Assembly: GCA_964387285.1 (NCBI GenBank)
Contig: CAYLWO010000009.1
Span: 31,756-95,755, forward strand
Source of the DNA: an uncultured Cytophagia bacterium
Lineage (GTDB): Bacteria > Zhuqueibacterota > Zhuqueibacteria > Residuimicrobiales > Residuimicrobiaceae
DNA: 64,000 nucleotides
Direction of reading: 5' to 3'
Shown: positions 59,710 to 64,000 of the stretch, piece by piece
Layout: each line of letters opens with the position of its first letter
How positions within the stretch are numbered: the first letter of the stretch is position 1
Notes under the pieces: model-generated
What the model saw: only the letters and a program-made list of their open reading frames with translations
Database searches by the model: none
What the model was told of the DNA's origin: nothing
Program-made: the position numbers and the translations under genes

Positions 59710-60897
59710 ATGCCGCATTTTTCAAAAAGCGCTTTGGCTATGCGAACATCGGAAATTCGCGAGTTGCTGAGTATTGCCGTGAAACCGGACATTATTTCCT
59801 TTGCCGGCGGCATGCCCAACAACGAGCTGTTTCCCATTGCCGAGTTGGATGAAATCTATCAGACCATTCCGGTAAAAATAAAACAGGAGGGATTTCAGTA
59901 CGGGCCCACCGGCGGCTGGCCTCCCCTGCTGGAATCGTTGAGCCGTTTTCTTGCAGCCAAAGGTTTGCCCATGCAGGGCAACCGTCTCATGATCACCACC
60001 GGATCGCTGCAGGCGATAAATCTGGTGGGGAAAATTTTTATCGATCCCGGTGATGCGGTTTTCGTTGAAAATCCCTGTTTCATCGGCGCCATTTCTGCAT
60101 TCAAATCCTATCAGGCGGATTTACACGGCATTCCCATGGACGAGAACGGCATTATCATCTCTGAACTTCAGCAGGCATTACAACAGCACACCGGTCAGCT
60201 TGTTTATTTGACGCCCAATTTTCACAATCCTGCGGGCCTGATCTACAGTCGGGAACGCCGATTGCAGGTTTTAAATGAATTGGCTGGTCGCGATGTGGTT
60301 TTGCTGGAAGATGATGCTTACAGCGAGCTGTTTTTCCGGGAACAGGATCGCGAGCTTACGCGCCCCATTAAGTCTTTGGCGAATGAATCGCTGCCCATCT
60401 GTTACTGCGGTTCTTTTTCCAAAATCTTTGGACCGGGCATGCGTCTGGGCTGGTTGCTGGGCCCGGAAGAGATCATCCGCCAGTGCGAGATTGCCAAACA
60501 ATCCATGGACGCCTGTACATCGACCTTTACGCAAATGCTGGCGCACGAATTTCTCTCACGGAACAAATTAGCGGAATATTTACAACGCATTCGTCCCATC
60601 TATCAACGCCGATGCCGGTTGTTGCTGGATAGCCTGCAGAAATATATGCCGGAAGGCGTTGTCTGGAATCGACCCATCGGCGGCTTTTACGTATGGGTCA
60701 AATTGCCCGCCGGCCTGGACGCAACCGTGATAGCGAAAAAAGCCATTGTGGAAGGCGCAGTGGTGGTTGTGGGCAAAACCTTTGATCCCCAGGGCGTTTT
60801 AAACGACCATATCCGCCTGGCGTTTTGTCATACGCCGGAGGGAAGGATGGCAGAAGGTGTGAAGATAGTCGGGGAGGCGATAAAATCGGTTCTATAA
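59710..60897 (+). CDS. PLP-dependent class I/II aminotransferase (LysN/MocR-type, no HTH)
   Basis: ISFAGGMP, QYGPTGG, TPNFHNPAG, EDDAY, GSFSKIFGPGMRLGW. Confidence 0.92.
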   Translation: MPHFSKSALAMRTSEIRELLSIAVKPDIISFAGGMPNNELFPIAELDEIYQTIPVKIKQEGFQYGPTGGWPPLLESLSRFLAAKGLPMQGNRLMITTGSLQAINLVGKIFIDPGDAVFVENPCFIGAISAFKSYQADLHGIPMDENGIIISELQQALQQHTGQLVYLTPNFHNPAGLIYSRERRLQVLNELAGRDVVLLEDDAYSELFFREQDRELTRPIKSLANESLPICYCGSFSKIFGPGMRLGWLLGPEEIIRQCEIAKQSMDACTSTFTQMLAHEFLSRNKLAEYLQRIRPIYQRRCRLLLDSLQKYMPEGVVWNRPIGGFYVWVKLPAGLDATVIAKKAIVEGAVVVVGKTFDPQGVLNDHIRLAFCHTPEGRMAEGVKIVGEAIKSVL

Positions 60898-62052
60898 TGC
60901 CAATCGTGGAAAATTTTTAATTCGCAACAACCTGGCCATGATCTTGGGCAGGTCCGTGTTGTCATGGAATCCGGAAAAATCGCAGGCGCCAGGCCCGTAG
61001 GCATAGAGCGGCACCGTGCTGCCCGTATGGCCCTTGGTGGTCCAGGCCACCTGTAATTCAGAGCCGTCGGGCTTGCCGCCCAAAAGAGCGGGGCCGCCGG
61101 TCTCATGGTCTGCGGTTACCAAAACCAGTGTTTTGCCGTCCTTGACGGCAAAGTCCAGCGCTTCTTTAATGGCCATATCGAAATCCAAAGTCTGTTTGAC
61201 AGCGCCCTCCAGATCGTTATCATGATTTTCCCAATCAATTTGGCTGCCCTCGACCATCAAAAAGAACCCTTTTGAACGTTGATTCAGGGCAGCAATAGAT
61301 TTGGCCGTCATTTCCGCCAGACTGGGCTCCGGCCTGGTTGTTTTCATGGCTTCGTCGCTGAACAGTCCCAATAGCATCGACGCCTGGGTTGTCTGCAACT
61401 GTTCTGCGTTCAAGACAACATCATAACCAGCCTGGCGCGCTTCTTCAAGCAAATTGCGTCCGTCCGTTCTTTTTCCTTTGTCCGGCAGAAAAAAGGATAA
61501 TCCGCCGCCCAGCAAGACATCGATTTTATTCTTGATATAATTTTCCGCAATGGCGGCTTCTTCCCTGCGAATTTCCGCATGCGCGCCAAATCCGGCCGGC
61601 GTGGCATGTGTGAGGGAAGAGGTCGCCACCAGGCCGGTTTTCATACCTTTCTCCTGCACCGCTTCCAGGATCGAAACCACATTGCGCTGATCCGGCGTCC
61701 GGCCGATAACCCCGTTATTGGTTTTAAATCCGGACGCCAGGGCTGTCGAAGAAGCGGCCGAATCCGTGATCAGTTTATCTGCAGAGCATGTGCGGACAAA
61801 TCCGGCAACCGGCATGCGATCCATATGCAGGATGCCGGTCGGGCCGGCGCCGCGGTAACGGGCGATGGACACATTGGCCACGCTCATGCCGTCGCCGATA
61901 AACAAAATGACATTTTCAACCTTATCCTTATCGACGACATCAAGTCGTGAATGGACCGGTGGAGGTTCATAGGCGTCAGGAGTTGCTGAAAAACCGACAT
62001 TATAGCTGCACAAACACAGGCTAAAAAGCAACAGGGCAAAAACTTTCTTCAT
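60892..62052 (-). CDS. phoA: Alkaline phosphatase, secreted
   Basis: ILFIGDGM, ITDSAAS (Ser nucleophile), THATPA, EGSQIDWENH, TADHETGG. Confidence 0.93.
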   Translation of the reverse strand: MKKVFALLLFSLCLCSYNVGFSATPDAYEPPPVHSRLDVVDKDKVENVILFIGDGMSVANVSIARYRGAGPTGILHMDRMPVAGFVRTCSADKLITDSAASSTALASGFKTNNGVIGRTPDQRNVVSILEAVQEKGMKTGLVATSSLTHATPAGFGAHAEIRREEAAIAENYIKNKIDVLLGGGLSFFLPDKGKRTDGRNLLEEARQAGYDVVLNAEQLQTTQASMLLGLFSDEAMKTTRPEPSLAEMTAKSIAALNQRSKGFFLMVEGSQIDWENHDNDLEGAVKQTLDFDMAIKEALDFAVKDGKTLVLVTADHETGGPALLGGKPDGSELQVAWTTKGHTGSTVPLYAYGPGACDFSGFHDNTDLPKIMARLLRIKNFPRLAL

Positions 62053-62087
62053 ATCACTTTCCTTATTTTTTCAAGTACGAATACCAT

Positions 62088-62155
62088 AATTGAGCGATAG
62101 GTACTCGCAAAACAACCTTGCGAAGGTCTGAAACCTTCGCAAGGATAATGCATTA
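62088..62155 (+). repeat. 68-bp dispersed palindromic element, copy D
   Basis: AATTGAGCGATAGGTACTCGCAAAACAACCTTGCGAAGGTCTGAAACCTTCGCAAGGATAATGCATTA. Confidence 0.9.
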
Positions 62156-62323
62156 TACACCGCCATTGATAATGTTGCAGAGAAAAAGACTAAAGTCTCT
62201 TTGTTATCATCAGGACTCTGCTCTTCAGAGTCCTGATGAATATTTATTTTGTGATTGATAAATCGGACAATGATCGGCGTAAACAACTCTGGTTTCTACT
62301 GACAGGTCCGGCTGCGCAAGAGG

Positions 62324-63334
62324 TCACTCTGTGAAAAAATAAATTCTGGTCAGCCATTTTTCCTGATCCGGTTCGCTGCTGGGATCTGTCAGATACTCCT
62401 CAATCATAAAAGATTTTTGCACCAGCCCGTTTTCCTTGCAGTACTTTTCGAATGCCAAATAAGCGAGCATCGATTTTTCATACGGACCGTAATAATCAAT
62501 CTGATACGCCTTGGTTTTTGGCAGCACCAGAATTTCAATCCCTTGACCGAACTCTTTTTTCTTGGCGATCGGAACTGCAGCCGCCATATCCGTGCTCTGA
62601 GTTTTTTCATCCCAGCTAAAGTAAATGCCACATGGAGCGCCGACAGGTTGTCCGCCTTGTTTGGTTACGGTGCCGTAAATCAGGCCAAAATTGGCGGTGA
62701 AAAAATCCGGAATATCTTTCATGACTACGGTCTGACGAATCATGGCGTAGGTTTTGGCCGGGAAATCGATGGCCAGGATTTGGTAACTGGATGCCTTGGC
62801 ATACTCTTTTTCAGCGATCTCTTTTAATAGAGCCAATCCGGATTCGAAATCTTTGCCAATCGCTTTATCCATGCTCATAAAGAGCATCAGGATATTCCAG
62901 GGAAAAGGACTCTTGCCGGAAAAAGCCCAGGCAGCGGTGCAGCCTTGTTCGTTGGGCGTTACACGAACATAACCGTCTGATTCGCTCTCCATGGGTTCTA
63001 TAAATTTCAGGTGATACAAAAGCTCTTCGTTCTCTTTGACTCCGGTGTTGACCATTTCACCTTTGCCGGTCAACTGGCCGGACCAACTGTACTTGGCGCC
63101 GGGTTCCCCGTCGTTTCCCTCATAGCTTGGCGTCATGGTAGAATCCATTTTAGCCCAGGGCAACCAGGCCTGCCAGTTGCGCCAATACTTGACATGTGGA
63201 AAGACAATTTCTTTGGGTGCATTAATTTGCACGATACGCTCGACCTGATACTCTTTGGGAGCAAAGATGCCCAACAGCACGATTACAACTACTAAACCCA
63301 ACAAAATCCAGCCAATGATTTTTAGTGCCTTCAT
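62324..63334 (-). CDS. SRPBCC/START-like + GyrI-like ligand-binding protein with N-terminal membrane anchor
   Basis: VERIVQINAPKEIVF...WLPW...DKAIGKDFESGLALLK; YYGPYEK...IEEYLTDP. Confidence 0.88.
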   Translation of the reverse strand: MKALKIIGWILLGLVVVIVLLGIFAPKEYQVERIVQINAPKEIVFPHVKYWRNWQAWLPWAKMDSTMTPSYEGNDGEPGAKYSWSGQLTGKGEMVNTGVKENEELLYHLKFIEPMESESDGYVRVTPNEQGCTAAWAFSGKSPFPWNILMLFMSMDKAIGKDFESGLALLKEIAEKEYAKASSYQILAIDFPAKTYAMIRQTVVMKDIPDFFTANFGLIYGTVTKQGGQPVGAPCGIYFSWDEKTQSTDMAAAVPIAKKKEFGQGIEILVLPKTKAYQIDYYGPYEKSMLAYLAFEKYCKENGLVQKSFMIEEYLTDPSSEPDQEKWLTRIYFFTE

Positions 63335-63493
63335 AGGGCCTCCTTGAAATAGATACTCTTCGATACAACAAAAATAGGGTTTGCCAATATTCCCAGGGAT
63401 ACAAGTTATTTGTTATATAATTCAGGAGCAAGAGAAAAAGACAAGCCATGCAATCATACAAAGAAATGTCTTTTTCCTGCATCCAATTCATAT

Positions 63494-63805
63494 CGTCCCG
63501 GCAGGGACGGCGACTTTATATCTACCCACACCATCAATCCCGCGTCCCGTCAGGGACGCAATGTTGACGCATAAAAACCCGAACCACCGCACTCCGTTTG
63601 GCACGCAATATACATATCATTTTTCGCATAATAATTATTCCGTCCCTACGGGACGGGATTCGGATGGGATGGGATTCGCTAGAAAGATCGTATCCCTACG
63701 GGATAATTGGTGGGCAAAATTATCCAGCAGGCCATTGAAATCGTCCCGACAGAAACGACCGTGATATTACAACCACGGCTACAACCCATCGTCCCGTCAG
63801 GGACG
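63494..63805. repeat. Array of CGTCCC-N3/4-GGGACG REP-like palindromes downstream of the transposase
   Basis: Copies at 63494, 63542, 63640, 63691 (TATCCC variant), 63742 (degenerate) and 63790; CCACGGCTA at 63772-63780. Confidence 0.85.
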
Positions 63806-63845
63806 TAATCTTAATACGATCCTGCGTTTCTTCAGGAATGTCCAA

Positions 63846-64000
63846 TCATGAATAGCCGGAATAATCAATATCTTTGGGCACATATCTGTTATCGTAGATT
63901 ATTTCATATCTTTGCAACAATTCAAAATACTCATCCAAAAACGTCCTCTTACGATGATGTGACTCCTGATTCATAATATAGCGATAGACACGGTCGATAT
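63846..64000 (-). mobile_element. tnpA: 3' end of an IS200/IS605-family Y1 (HUH) transposase, possibly REP-associated; runs off the window end
   Basis: Manual translation IDRVYRYIMNQESHHRKRTFLDEYFELLQRYEIIYDNRY...: the YIxNQxxHH catalytic-Tyr motif and typical C-terminus. Confidence 0.85.

Noticed and set aside
20927-62155. Palindromic repeats as a CRISPR array
   Set aside because: The copies are dispersed over tens of kb rather than regularly spaced, and no cas genes are present
545-63491. Numerous 60-230 aa ORFs antisense to or out of frame with the called genes (e.g. 26168-27130, 24110-24646, 55519-56211)
   Set aside because: Shadow ORFs of GC-rich coding regions, with no motifs or RBS support
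63381-63764. 127-aa plus-strand ORF
   Set aside because: It runs through the palindrome array; no coding signature

Overview
A 64-kb bacterial chromosomal segment, probably from an FCB-superphylum lineage such as KSB1 or Calditrichota (inferred from QNYPNPFN/FlgD-type sorting tails and a GWxTD protein). From left to right it contains: the 5' end of polA; a DUF3467 gene; a 2694-aa SGNH-esterase/Big_1 surface protein; an EamA transporter; a C10 protease with FG-GAP repeats; an 11-gene complex I operon (nuoABCDHIJKLMN, no nuoEFG); a Nudix hydrolase; tRNA-Asn; a permuted NlpC/P60 lipoprotein; a TonB-dependent receptor; an 8-gene envelope cluster (two CYTxL lipoproteins, FadL-like barrel, TonB_C lipoprotein, GWxTD protein, two further barrels, penicillin acylase); an ECF sigma/anti-sigma/ZraP/Spy module; four tandem secreted SdrD-B/DUF11/cohesin-like genes; a tryptophanase/tyrosine phenol-lyase family enzyme; a GHL10 glycosidase-amidase fusion; a PLP aminotransferase; alkaline phosphatase; an SRPBCC-GyrI protein; and the 3' end of an IS200-like Y1 transposase beside an array of palindromes. 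The intergenic DNA holds several families of REP-like palindromes, including a 68-bp element in four full copies. The most notable observations are the transposase with its REP-like landscape, the glycosidase-amidase fusion, twin GGAAC-N16-CGT ECF promoters linking the sigma module to the envelope cluster, the headless complex I, and six secreted proteins with a shared sorting tail. All family assignments come from motifs read by eye; no database searches were run.
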